Below, piece after piece: positions 1 through 9,136 of a stretch of 64,000 nucleotides of DNA. Numbering within the stretch: position 1 is the stretch's first letter; each line of letters starts with the position of its first letter. The stretch is from Candidatus Peribacteria bacterium. GTDB lineage: Bacteria > Patescibacteriota > Gracilibacteria > UBA1369 > LOWO2-01-FULL-3. Location of the stretch: assembly GCA_943357285.1 (NCBI GenBank), contig CALRGJ010000003.1, positions 2,013-66,012 of the forward strand, read 5' to 3'. The position numbers and the translations under genes were made by a program. The notes under the pieces are model-generated. The model saw nothing but the letters and a program-made list of their open reading frames with translations. It ran no database searches and was not told the DNA's origin.

Positions 1-23
1 CACCAGAAAATAAAATAGTAGAT

Positions 24-2297
24 GTGGCTGCGCCTGTAGATAATTCTATGACTCCTTTGATGCATTTCCGTGATGAAAAACCAACAGAAACTCAATTAGG
101 CGTAAATCCAGATTCTTTAATTGAAGTAACTCCTTCTCTTGAAGTTGTTGAGAAAATAAATAAAGATGCTGCAGTCAAGATGACGAACGCTGGTTATGAT
201 CCTGATACGGGTCGTAAATTGGAAAAAGATATTGTTAATAAATCTGCTGAGGAAGTAAAAGCTGAAGAAGTTTTGCATCCTGCTGAAGCTAATAAAGTTG
301 TTGATGCTTCTACTCTTGCAGCTCAAGCGGCTATTGCCCCAACTGCTGCAGAAACAAAAGCGGCCAATGAAGAAGTGAAACCTACGGTTCAGGAGCAAGC
401 AAAAGCTCAAGAATCCGTAGCTAAAAAGAAATCTATTCTTGATAATTTGACTTCACTTTTTTCAGGTAAAACAAAGGCTCATGAAGAGGCTGTAGCTAAA
501 ATTGATACAAATACTAAAGATAAAATTTCTCAAGACGAAAAGAAAAAATATATAGAGGCGGAAAAAATTTACCAGGAAGGTTTGGCTTCAATTAAAGATT
601 TGATTGCGCCGGCTTCAATGGAAATTCTCTACGATAAAATTCATATGGATGGACAGTTTGTTCAGTCCTTCTATGTATTTGCTTATCCTCGTTATCTAGA
701 TGTGAATTGGTTGGCGCCAATTATTAATTTCGATGTAACGATGGATGTTTCACAGTTTATTTATCCTATTAGTTCCGGAGATATTATGAAGATTTTGCGT
801 AAAAAAGTGGCGCAAATGGAATCAAGTATTCGTATTAATTCCGAAAAAGGAATGGTGCGTGATCCAGCTTTGGAAACAGCGCTTGAGGATGCGGAACAAT
901 TGCGTACAGAAATTCAGCGTGGTCAGGAAAAATTCTTCCAATATGCGATGTATTTTACTATTTATGCTAGCAGTGAAAAGAAGCTTGAAAAGGTTACAAA
1001 ACAATTGGAAAGCTTGCTCGCTGGTAAACTTGTGATGGTGAAGAGAGCGCAGATTCAAGCGGAACATGGATTTAATTCTTCAATTCCTCTTTGTCTCGAT
1101 GAGTTATATACAATTCGTAATATGAATACGGGACCTCTTTCTACGACTTTCCCATTCACATCTTCCGATCTTACTTCTGATAAAGGAATTCTTTATGGAA
1201 TTAATCGTCATAATGATAGTTTGATTATCTTTGATCGTTTTGCTTTGGAAAATGCGAATAGCGTGGTGTTTGCTAAGTCTGGTGCCGGTAAATCTTACGC
1301 AGTGAAATTAGAAATTTTGCGTATGATGATGATGGGTACTGATGTAATTATTATCGATCCTGAGAATGAGTACCAAGCGCTTGCAAATACTGTGGGTGGT
1401 ACATATTTGAAACTAAGTTTGAATAGTGACCGTCGTATTAATCCTTTTGATTTACCTAAGCCAATTGCCGGTGAAGAAGTGCAGCCTGGAGATTTGCTTA
1501 GATCTAATGTGATTACTTTGCATGGTTTGCTTAAATTAATGCTCGGAGATTTAAACCCATCTGAGGAAAGTATTTTGGATAAAGCCTTGATCGACGTGTA
1601 TGCGTTGAAAGGAATTACTATGGATTTAGTGGATCCTTCTGCTTATCAGCCTCCGACAATGGAAGATCTTTATCAAATTTTGAATTCCCTAGAAGGAGCT
1701 CAAGGACTTGTGCAGAGGTTGTCTAAGTTTACGACAGGTTCTTATTCTGGAATTTTTAATAAGCCTACAAATCTTGATCTTACTAGTGGAATGATGGTGT
1801 TCTGTATTCGCGATTTGGAAGATGCTTTACGCCCAATTGCGATGTACATTATCTTAAATTATATCTGGAATAGGGTTCGTAGCGAGATGAAGAAAAGAGT
1901 ACTAGTTATTGATGAGGCCTGGTCTATGATGCAACATGAAGACAGTGCTAAATTCCTTTTCGGTCTCGTAAAGAGAGCACGTAAATACTATCTAGGAGTA
2001 ACTACAATTACTCAAGATGTGGAGGATTTCGTGAAGAGTGATTATGGTAAAGCAATTATCACCAACTCCTCAATGCAGTTGCTCTTGAAACAAGCTCCTT
2101 CGGCTGTAGATATGTTGGCTAAAATCTTTAATCTTACAGAAGGTGAGAAGTATGTATTGCTAAATAGTGGTGTCGGTCAGGGATTATTCTTTGCCGGTCT
2201 CAAACACGTAGCAGTACAGATCATTGCCTCATACACTGAGGATAAGATCGTAACTACGAATCCGGAAGAATTATTAAAACAGAGAGAGCAGGCTTAA
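24..2297 (+). CDS. VirB4/TrbE-family type IV secretion-like ATPase with Ala/Lys/Glu-rich N-terminal region
   Basis: 757-aa ORF. Walker A 'AKSGAGKSY', Walker B 'VLVIDEAW', VirB4-type N-domain block 'FAYPRYLDVNWLAPII'. The frame stays open back to base 3, so the true start may lie upstream of the window. Confidence 0.8.
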   Translation: MAAPVDNSMTPLMHFRDEKPTETQLGVNPDSLIEVTPSLEVVEKINKDAAVKMTNAGYDPDTGRKLEKDIVNKSAEEVKAEEVLHPAEANKVVDASTLAAQAAIAPTAAETKAANEEVKPTVQEQAKAQESVAKKKSILDNLTSLFSGKTKAHEEAVAKIDTNTKDKISQDEKKKYIEAEKIYQEGLASIKDLIAPASMEILYDKIHMDGQFVQSFYVFAYPRYLDVNWLAPIINFDVTMDVSQFIYPISSGDIMKILRKKVAQMESSIRINSEKGMVRDPALETALEDAEQLRTEIQRGQEKFFQYAMYFTIYASSEKKLEKVTKQLESLLAGKLVMVKRAQIQAEHGFNSSIPLCLDELYTIRNMNTGPLSTTFPFTSSDLTSDKGILYGINRHNDSLIIFDRFALENANSVVFAKSGAGKSYAVKLEILRMMMMGTDVIIIDPENEYQALANTVGGTYLKLSLNSDRRINPFDLPKPIAGEEVQPGDLLRSNVITLHGLLKLMLGDLNPSEESILDKALIDVYALKGITMDLVDPSAYQPPTMEDLYQILNSLEGAQGLVQRLSKFTTGSYSGIFNKPTNLDLTSGMMVFCIRDLEDALRPIAMYIILNYIWNRVRSEMKKRVLVIDEAWSMMQHEDSAKFLFGLVKRARKYYLGVTTITQDVEDFVKSDYGKAIITNSSMQLLLKQAPSAVDMLAKIFNLTEGEKYVLLNSGVGQGLFFAGLKHVAVQIIASYTEDKIVTTNPEELLKQREQA

Positions 2298-4030
2298 AAT
2301 TGTCCTAATGCGGAGTTAAGCTGGGCGTCCACTTTTGGATCTGTGCCTCTTTCTATTGTGACATCTGGAAGGATGCCTTGTTTATTAATATTTGTGCCGT
2401 TTGGTGTGAGCCAGTTTGAAACGGTGTATTTGAGTAGGGAGCCATCTTTGTAAGTGCGAAGTTCTTGGGCGACGCCTTTGCCAAAAGATTTCTTTCCAAC
2501 AAGAGTGGCAATGCCATAGTCTTTCAGTGCGCCTGCTGTGATTTCGGAAGCGGAGGCGGAGCCTTCATTTATTAATACTACAATTTTATATCCGCTTAAT
2601 AAACCATTGGCTTCAGTTTTGCTTTCTTCTACATGCTTATCTACGAATTCCATTTTTACAGCTGTTTTGCTCTCGGTGGTGAAGAGGCTGAGAATGTTTA
2701 CGGCTGTATCTACGTATCCACCGGGATTGTTTCTTAAGTCGAGAATGAAGCCGCTGGGATTACTTTTTATTAATTCGTTTGCGGCATTGGTTATTTCCAC
2801 CTCTGCTCCTTGTCCAAAATCTGATAGGGAAATGTAGGCAATATTTTTGCCGGAAGTTGTTTTAAGTGTTTTTGAATTTACACGTTTTATAGTGATTGAG
2901 CTGCGAATTATGGAGAATTCCATTTCTTTTCCGGCACGATAAATTGTGATTTTTACAGATGATTTTGCCGGTCCTTTTATTTTTGCTGATACTTCTTCCA
3001 AATTTAATCCTTCTGTACTTACTCCATCTACTTTTGTAATAATGTCTTGACCTTGGATGCCGGCTTTTTCGGCAGGTGAGCCGTGGAAAGGAGTAATTAC
3101 GGTAACTTTGTTGTCTATTAGTTCAATGATAATGCCAATTCCTTCATATTTGTTTGAAAGTCTTGCTAGAAGGTTTGCGGTCTCGGATGGTGCATCAAAA
3201 ACAGTGTATTTGTCTTTTGCTTCTGAAACCATTCCTTTGATTGCTGCATAAATTAATTTGTCGTCGTCCAGCTCATCCTTGTAGAGATATTTACTCTTCA
3301 TAGTTGACCAAACATCTACGAGAGTTGGAAAATTTTCGTTTGAAGTTAAGTCGTTTTCAGCAGTTGAATTTTTTGTTGTGTTTGGTGTTTGAGTAAGAGT
3401 AATGGTCATTGTCGGCTGAACATTCTGCTTTATTTTGTAGAGATAATCTGCGGCTTCAGCCTTTGTAATTCTTTTGTTTTGAAGGAATTGAGTTGGTGCG
3501 GTAGGTTCTAAAATATTTAATTTTGCTGCTTTGTCGGCTAGAGGTGCAATGTAAGAATCTGATGTTATATCTTCGAAAGGGAAGTCGGCTTTGGAGAAAA
3601 AATAATTAGTTCCAATTCCTAGGCTATTGAACATAGTGGTAAGGGCTGACACTTTTGTCACTTTATCATTAAGTCCAAAAGCTGTTTGTTCCGGAAGTAG
3701 TTTTAGAATTTTAGTGTCGATGGCTGTCTGAATATATGTTGCATAGGGAGAATCTTTATCAATATCACTGAATGGAAGTTCTATTGTTTTGGAAAGAGGA
3801 GCCATTCCTTCTGTGATAATAAGTTTGTATAATTCTCCTTTTGTTAATTGATCGTTCGGATGAAATTTGTTGTCGCTTTCTACCGGAAGACGGCCGAGGT
3901 CGTAAAGAGCTTTAATGGAATTATAATATTGATTTGTCTGAGGTACATCTGAGTAAAAAGCTAGAACGTTTGTAGTCTGAAGGAGAAGAAGTGTTAATCC
4001 AGCAAAAATGCCGATAAGATATTTTTTCAT
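2294..4030 (-). CDS. S41 family C-terminal processing peptidase with signal peptide, three SLH-like repeats and a PDZ domain
   Basis: Signal peptide 'MKKYLIGIFAGLTLLLLQTTNVLA'. Three 'F-[SE]-D-[VI]' SLH-like repeats. PDZ 'GSPAEKAGIQGQDIITKVDG'. S41 motifs 'LRNNPGG', 'NEGSASASE', 'GKKSFGKG'. Confidence 0.85.
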   Translation of the reverse strand: MKKYLIGIFAGLTLLLLQTTNVLAFYSDVPQTNQYYNSIKALYDLGRLPVESDNKFHPNDQLTKGELYKLIITEGMAPLSKTIELPFSDIDKDSPYATYIQTAIDTKILKLLPEQTAFGLNDKVTKVSALTTMFNSLGIGTNYFFSKADFPFEDITSDSYIAPLADKAAKLNILEPTAPTQFLQNKRITKAEAADYLYKIKQNVQPTMTITLTQTPNTTKNSTAENDLTSNENFPTLVDVWSTMKSKYLYKDELDDDKLIYAAIKGMVSEAKDKYTVFDAPSETANLLARLSNKYEGIGIIIELIDNKVTVITPFHGSPAEKAGIQGQDIITKVDGVSTEGLNLEEVSAKIKGPAKSSVKITIYRAGKEMEFSIIRSSITIKRVNSKTLKTTSGKNIAYISLSDFGQGAEVEITNAANELIKSNPSGFILDLRNNPGGYVDTAVNILSLFTTESKTAVKMEFVDKHVEESKTEANGLLSGYKIVVLINEGSASASEITAGALKDYGIATLVGKKSFGKGVAQELRTYKDGSLLKYTVSNWLTPNGTNINKQGILPDVTIERGTDPKVDAQLNSALGQF

Positions 4031-4089
4031 ATGAGAAATTAGGTTTTAAAACTTGATCATTTTAATCTCATATAATGATTTCAACAAAC

Positions 4090-7000
4090 TTATTTGCGTT
4101 TTGCGAGTGTAGTATTGTCTTTTTTGATTCTATCTTCTTTCTTTTTTAAGAATTCTTTTTCTTGAAGAATGGATAGAAGAGTGAAGAGACCTTCGGATTT
4201 TTGTTCGCCTATTGGTGTTTTTTGACCGGGAAGTTTTTCACCGAAGTCATAAACGGTTTGGGCGTAGGAGTAAGTGTCTTTGATAGTTTTAGTTTTTGAG
4301 AATGGACATTTGTCTCCATTAAATACGCTTTCATCTACTGGTATCTGAGATTCATTTGCGAAATAGATGATATGTCCGATCAAACTAGCCAAGTGATAAA
4401 CAGTGCGGAGATCATTAGCAAATTGTGGATATTCAGTATTTATTTCCAAGTAGGTGTTTATAGCGCTGTTTATCTTTGATTGAGGCTCTATTTTTTGAGT
4501 TTCTGATAGGCCTCTGGAGCTGCCAAGTTCTCCCTCTAATTCTAAGTATATTGATTGAATGCTTTGGATTTTTGCGACTAATTCTTCTGGAACGTCTAAT
4601 CTTTCTTCTATAGTTACTTCTCTAGAATTTCCAAAGCCAATTGGAAGTTTGTAGGTTGCAGCTTTTGGCGCTGAAGGGATGGATCTATCTTTGGCTAATT
4701 CCTTGTCTCTTGTTTGGCGTTTTTTATTGAAATCTCTATTTTGTTTACGGCGTAAAGCTTTGGCAATTATATTTAGTCCATCAAGAGTTGTTTGAACTTT
4801 TCCGAGATTCAAATCTGTGAGGTAATTCCCAAATGCTTGGGCGTTTTCTATTCGTCCCAGATTCATAAAAGGAAATTTTTCCACATCGTATATGCTGTTG
4901 TCTATTTCGATGTCTCTGAGGTGTGCAATTTTTGTGATGTTTCCCATACTACCCATTAAATAAAATGGAGTGATGCCGTAGTATTTATGTTGAGGGTTGG
5001 TGGCCATTTCGGACATTGGAGGTGTGTTCATAAAAGCAAAATCTGCCATTGCTGTGGCTATCAGTTCTTGCATTTCTGCTTCTGTGTCTTCGTTTTCGTG
5101 TGTGCCGTTTGGTTTTTGTAATTCAATCATGAGAGTGCTAATAGCCCAAAGCCTTTCCAGTCTAAGAATGAATTTATAGTCTGAACTTTCGTCTACTTTT
5201 TCGCCTGATTGCTCTATTCCTTCTACTGAATAGGTTTGTACTGCTTGTCTTAGTAACTCAATTTTTTTATCTCCTTCATGGCTTGGAAGAAGTAATGCTT
5301 GTGTCATTTGTGTGTCTCCTTTGAGTTTGGCAATTCTGGCTGCGGCGTCATGTAGTCCCATTTGATTGGCAATTCTCCAGGCTTCGGCAAAAAGTTGTAC
5401 CGCTTCTTCATGTGAACCGAGGAAGGCTTTTACGCCGGCTTGTTGTTCTATGATTTTTAATTCTGAATGTGAGTCAATTCCTAGAGGATGTGCTCTTCTA
5501 ATTCTTTCAATTGTGGAAAGTACTTTGTCTATTTTCTTCATTGTTTCCAAATCTTCTGCATTCAGTGATCCTGGATGCATAATGACGTCATCATCATATG
5601 ATTGTCCTTCTATTTCGCTATTTTTACGTATTCTTTCGTATGGATTTTTGGCTTCACAAATACGACGTATTTCTAAATGTTGTGGAGAAGGAATGCCATA
5701 AGCTTTAGTGTATTCATTCGCTTCATTTCCAATTTGAATTTTGTTGGTTTCGTATATCTTATCGACGTCGGCAAATCTTTCTTCAAAGTGAGCTAGAAGA
5801 ATGTCTATGATTGCTCTTTGGGTTGGAGGGATGGTTTTGCCACATTCTATTAAGGCTTTGTGAGCTTCTTTGATTGCCGGAATGTCATATTGCATACAGG
5901 CTTTATCAAAGGCAATTCTGTGCATACGCACGACATCAACGTTATATGGGAAATTTTGACTAATTCTTTTTAGAATAGTTAATGCTTTTTCTGTTTGATC
6001 GAATTGTCCGGCCATTCTGCTGCTTTCTGCCAGGCTGAAAAGATACTTCATAGTCATCTCTATGGTTTCTCTTTCAAACATGCATTGTTTTGTCTGGAGG
6101 CTGGCTAAACAGGCTTGAAAAGTTGGAATTGAAAGTCCTTCTTCTGAAATTGCTTGAACTCTTTTTATGTCATGTTGGTGATCTGCTTCTTCCAATAATA
6201 TTCCGCTTAGTTTTCTATATTCATCAAGAAAACATTCTACTTCTAAGCTTGGGTAGGGAATTGGTTCTATTGTTTTCGCAATTATTGTTGCTAAATTGTA
6301 TTTTACTTTAGCTGTGATTCCTTCGTTGTCTTTGAAAAGTTCGTAGAGTTTCTTTGCCATTTCCACTTTTTCCTCAGGGTCTATGGAGTCAAGAACTATG
6401 TCTCTGGTTCCTTCGTGTTGTAGTTTGCAATATTCTCCTCTGACGCTGTCGTGAGTTATGTATCCGGCTCTGCTTAGAGTTTCTGATTGTTCTACTAATT
6501 GTTTATTATCCAATCCAATCAATTGAGTTAGAATTTGGATACCATCCCAAGTCCCTAGCTTTTCTTCCATTAAGGAAATGTATTGTAAAAACTTTAACGA
6601 GGCTGGTGGAAGAGTGGCTAGTCTTTCTTGAAAATAATTAGCAATATCTCTGTCGTCTTCAGGGTTAATCTTTGTTATTTTTTCGAGGACTTCTGCTGAT
6701 ACTTCTATAGTGTCGTCCTTGATGATTATGTTTGGATAGGTTCCGCTGGCTTCGTCATATTCACAAACGTGATCCATGTAACTTTTCATTATCCATGGTG
6801 AATTTTTTGCCTTATAGGCAAGGACGCGAGACCAATGACCGAGTTTTAGGGCTTTTCCTTCTTTGTCATTACGAATTTCCGGCGGTAGGGAGTGGAAGGC
6901 AAAAGCTTTTGAGAGGTGGTCTTCCATTAGAAAGTTAAGACCGTTTAGTTTTACCGGCTTTAGGCCATTTTTATTAGCCGGGTCATTTTTTAAATTTTTG

Positions 7001-8397
7001 AAGGCTAAGGACTGGAACATTTCTTCTGGTCTGGAAGTGACGAGAGATTTGCCTTGTTTGTCGCCATTTATTCCAGAATATTCTTTGATTAATTCAATGA
7101 TATGTGGCTCGGAAATGCGATCTGCATGGTGTAAGTCCTCGAGTACGAAAAGCGTTTTTGGATTTTTTGAGGCTCTCAGTTTGCGCATTGCCTTAAGACA
7201 TAAATCCTTAACTGTATCAGGATGCATGGCTGCAAATACTATTTTTTGTGCATGCTCTAATTTATTGAATTCTCCTAGAGTTATGCTGTGTTGTTTGTAG
7301 GTGAATTCTCCGTTGGCGCTTACCCCTTGTAGTTCTTGGTATCGCATTGGTTCTTCATCTGAGTCTTTGTCTTCCAGGATGTCTTCTAACTGTTTAGCTA
7401 TAGTGGCTAAACTTGATCCTTGAATGTTTTTATCTGATGGGTTGATTGAACATAAAATTGAGTTTGGAAGTATTCTCAATAATTCAGTACGTATACGAGA
7501 TTTACCCATACCTCCTGCGGCTTCCAAGGATATAATTTGTGTTTCGTCGTCGCTTGAATACTTCAGAAGTGCGGCTAATTCTTCTTCATAGCCTATCATC
7601 TTATCCGGTCCTCCGAGTTCTTCGGAAACTCTAGAAAGAGCTTCGGTTAAAATCCTCAGCTTTGAATTTTCGTGTGGTTTCGTTAAAAGTTTTGTATTGC
7701 TACCAATTCTTGATTTTGGATCGGCAATTTTCATACTCAAGCGGTCGCTAATACAAGTAATTCCATTTTCTTCTGAAGATAAAATGCATGCGGCTTCCGG
7801 GTCTAGACTTGAATCTATAAGTGTTAGTTCTGATTCTTCGTTGTAGAGAGTACAATCTCCCATAAGTATTTTTGAAGATGGAACATCTGATCTAATAGAT
7901 CGCTCTATATCAAATAATTTTTCTACACCTCCTCTTTCTGAAAGCGAGAAAATAATTAAATTTCCATCATTGTCTTGTGTGACTAAAAAGTCTCGAGAAT
8001 TGGAAATTATGCTTATTTCATCCTTTAACCTTTTTTGTGTTGCTGGATTTGAAGTTGTGGCAGAATCAAGTATTAAATAACTGGCTGTGCGTTTTTTTGA
8101 AGTTTTTATTTCTGGCGAGATAGGGAAGCCGAGTTTATTGAAAAGTTCTTTGTGGTTAAGATGAGGTAAGCTTAAGGTGAATGAGCTCGTATCTTTTTCT
8201 GGTGTTTCTGTCGTACTGTATGCAGCTATAGCTGCTTGAATTTCTGCTGTGGGGATTTCTTGGGTTATAGCTAGTTCGTCAACTTCCTCTCCTGGTATTC
8301 GAGGATTTTCAGGAATGCTTTGGTTGCGTATACCCAATGATGGCATTGTATCTGCAACTTGGTCTATGTTTCCCTGATTTGTTCGAATTGTAGTCAT
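4090..8397 (-). CDS. Giant AAA_16/STAND-like NTPase with long helical (TPR-like) C-terminal region; paralog of 9133..13365
   Basis: 1435 aa. 'IGYEEELAALLKY...LEAAGGMGKSRIRTELL' matches the AAA_16 P-loop context. Walker B-like 'LFVLEDLHHADRISEPHI'. Collinear similarity to the 1410-aa neighbour from the N-terminal 'DGNLII' block to the C-terminus. Confidence 0.7.
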   Translation of the reverse strand: MTTIRTNQGNIDQVADTMPSLGIRNQSIPENPRIPGEEVDELAITQEIPTAEIQAAIAAYSTTETPEKDTSSFTLSLPHLNHKELFNKLGFPISPEIKTSKKRTASYLILDSATTSNPATQKRLKDEISIISNSRDFLVTQDNDGNLIIFSLSERGGVEKLFDIERSIRSDVPSSKILMGDCTLYNEESELTLIDSSLDPEAACILSSEENGITCISDRLSMKIADPKSRIGSNTKLLTKPHENSKLRILTEALSRVSEELGGPDKMIGYEEELAALLKYSSDDETQIISLEAAGGMGKSRIRTELLRILPNSILCSINPSDKNIQGSSLATIAKQLEDILEDKDSDEEPMRYQELQGVSANGEFTYKQHSITLGEFNKLEHAQKIVFAAMHPDTVKDLCLKAMRKLRASKNPKTLFVLEDLHHADRISEPHIIELIKEYSGINGDKQGKSLVTSRPEEMFQSLAFKNLKNDPANKNGLKPVKLNGLNFLMEDHLSKAFAFHSLPPEIRNDKEGKALKLGHWSRVLAYKAKNSPWIMKSYMDHVCEYDEASGTYPNIIIKDDTIEVSAEVLEKITKINPEDDRDIANYFQERLATLPPASLKFLQYISLMEEKLGTWDGIQILTQLIGLDNKQLVEQSETLSRAGYITHDSVRGEYCKLQHEGTRDIVLDSIDPEEKVEMAKKLYELFKDNEGITAKVKYNLATIIAKTIEPIPYPSLEVECFLDEYRKLSGILLEEADHQHDIKRVQAISEEGLSIPTFQACLASLQTKQCMFERETIEMTMKYLFSLAESSRMAGQFDQTEKALTILKRISQNFPYNVDVVRMHRIAFDKACMQYDIPAIKEAHKALIECGKTIPPTQRAIIDILLAHFEERFADVDKIYETNKIQIGNEANEYTKAYGIPSPQHLEIRRICEAKNPYERIRKNSEIEGQSYDDDVIMHPGSLNAEDLETMKKIDKVLSTIERIRRAHPLGIDSHSELKIIEQQAGVKAFLGSHEEAVQLFAEAWRIANQMGLHDAAARIAKLKGDTQMTQALLLPSHEGDKKIELLRQAVQTYSVEGIEQSGEKVDESSDYKFILRLERLWAISTLMIELQKPNGTHENEDTEAEMQELIATAMADFAFMNTPPMSEMATNPQHKYYGITPFYLMGSMGNITKIAHLRDIEIDNSIYDVEKFPFMNLGRIENAQAFGNYLTDLNLGKVQTTLDGLNIIAKALRRKQNRDFNKKRQTRDKELAKDRSIPSAPKAATYKLPIGFGNSREVTIEERLDVPEELVAKIQSIQSIYLELEGELGSSRGLSETQKIEPQSKINSAINTYLEINTEYPQFANDLRTVYHLASLIGHIIYFANESQIPVDESVFNGDKCPFSKTKTIKDTYSYAQTVYDFGEKLPGQKTPIGEQKSEGLFTLLSILQEKEFLKKKEDRIKKDNTTLAKRK

Positions 8398-8476
8398 ACT
8401 AAAATTGAATTGGGGATCATTATAGCACGTGTGTCAAGTTTATGAAGGGAAAATTAAAATCCTCAGCTCTAGCGCG

Positions 8477-8505
8477 TTGACTAAAGACAGTCTTTGTGTT
8501 ATAAT
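8477..8505 (+). promoter_or_regulatory. Sigma70-type promoter for the small membrane-protein genes
   Basis: TTGACT (8477-8482), 17-nt spacer, TATAAT (8500-8505), about 28 nt upstream of ATG 8533. Confidence 0.6.
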
Positions 8506-8532
8506 ATAATCAATATTTTAACAAAAATAAAA

Positions 8533-8862
8533 ATGAAAACACCGTTCGTAAAGAGAGTTCAAGCACATCCCTTCGCTATTTTTGGCGTCGGAGTTTTAAC
8601 TGGTGCTGTAATAGTTAGTTTGATTTTATTCTTTAAGGTTGCTGAATTGAAAGAATTTCAGTCAGCGGTTCTTAGAGGTTTAAATCCTAGTAAAGGTACT
8701 GTGCAAATGGCTCCAGTACAAGGAAAGACTGCTTTGCCTACGCCAACTGGTAATAAAAATGCATTTCCGACTCCTCCAAATGGAATGACAAACAATCAAT
8801 TGCCTACACCAACAGGTAATTTGAATGCATTCCCAACTCCTCCAAACGGTATTACTAAATAA
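8533..8862 (+). CDS. Small single-pass membrane protein with C-terminal tandem LPTPTGN-x-NAFPTPPNG repeats
   Basis: The ATG at 8533 is preferred, because the track start at 8494 lies inside the promoter. TM segment 'FAIFGVGVLTGAVIVSLILFF'. Two about 20-aa repeats at the C-terminus. Paralog of 8879..9136. Confidence 0.6.
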   Translation: MKTPFVKRVQAHPFAIFGVGVLTGAVIVSLILFFKVAELKEFQSAVLRGLNPSKGTVQMAPVQGKTALPTPTGNKNAFPTPPNGMTNNQLPTPTGNLNAFPTPPNGITK

Positions 8863-8878
8863 TTCTAATTAAAATAAA

Positions 8879-9136
8879 ATGGATAATTCCGTTAGAAAAA
8901 ATGTAAAATTGCATCCAATGAGACTTTTTCTCTTAGGGGTTTTAACTGGTGCAATAAGCGTAGGATTGTTTTTCTTTTATAAGTCTGTAGCTCCTCATCA
9001 GTATGAATCTGCTGTTTTGCAGAGTACGCGTTCAATTCAGTCTATTGCTCCGTCCACGATGAAAGCTACCAATCTTAGGGCTATGCCTACCCCAACTGGT
9101 AATTTTAACGCTTTACCAACTCCTACAGGTAATTAG
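8879..9136 (+). CDS. Small single-pass membrane protein with PTPTGN repeat tail (paralog of 8533..8862)
   Basis: 85 aa. TM 'LFLLGVLTGAISVGLFFFY', shared 'ESAVL' block, C-terminal 'MPTPTGNFNALPTPTGN'. Confidence 0.6.
   Translation: MDNSVRKNVKLHPMRLFLLGVLTGAISVGLFFFYKSVAPHQYESAVLQSTRSIQSIAPSTMKATNLRAMPTPTGNFNALPTPTGN

Noticed and set aside
4997-7300. Antisense ORFs within the giant NTPase genes, namely 4997..5179, 5366..5701, 6090..6311, 6732..6938 and 6863..7300. Similar ones lie within 9133..13365.
   Set aside because: They are short, low-complexity or Ser/Leu-rich translations that are fully nested opposite much longer conserved ORFs. This is the typical shadow-ORF pattern.
8494-8532. Upstream extension of the first small membrane protein (track start 8494).
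   Set aside because: The extension begins inside the TTGACT-17-TATAAT promoter. ATG 8533 gives a product collinear with its paralog.
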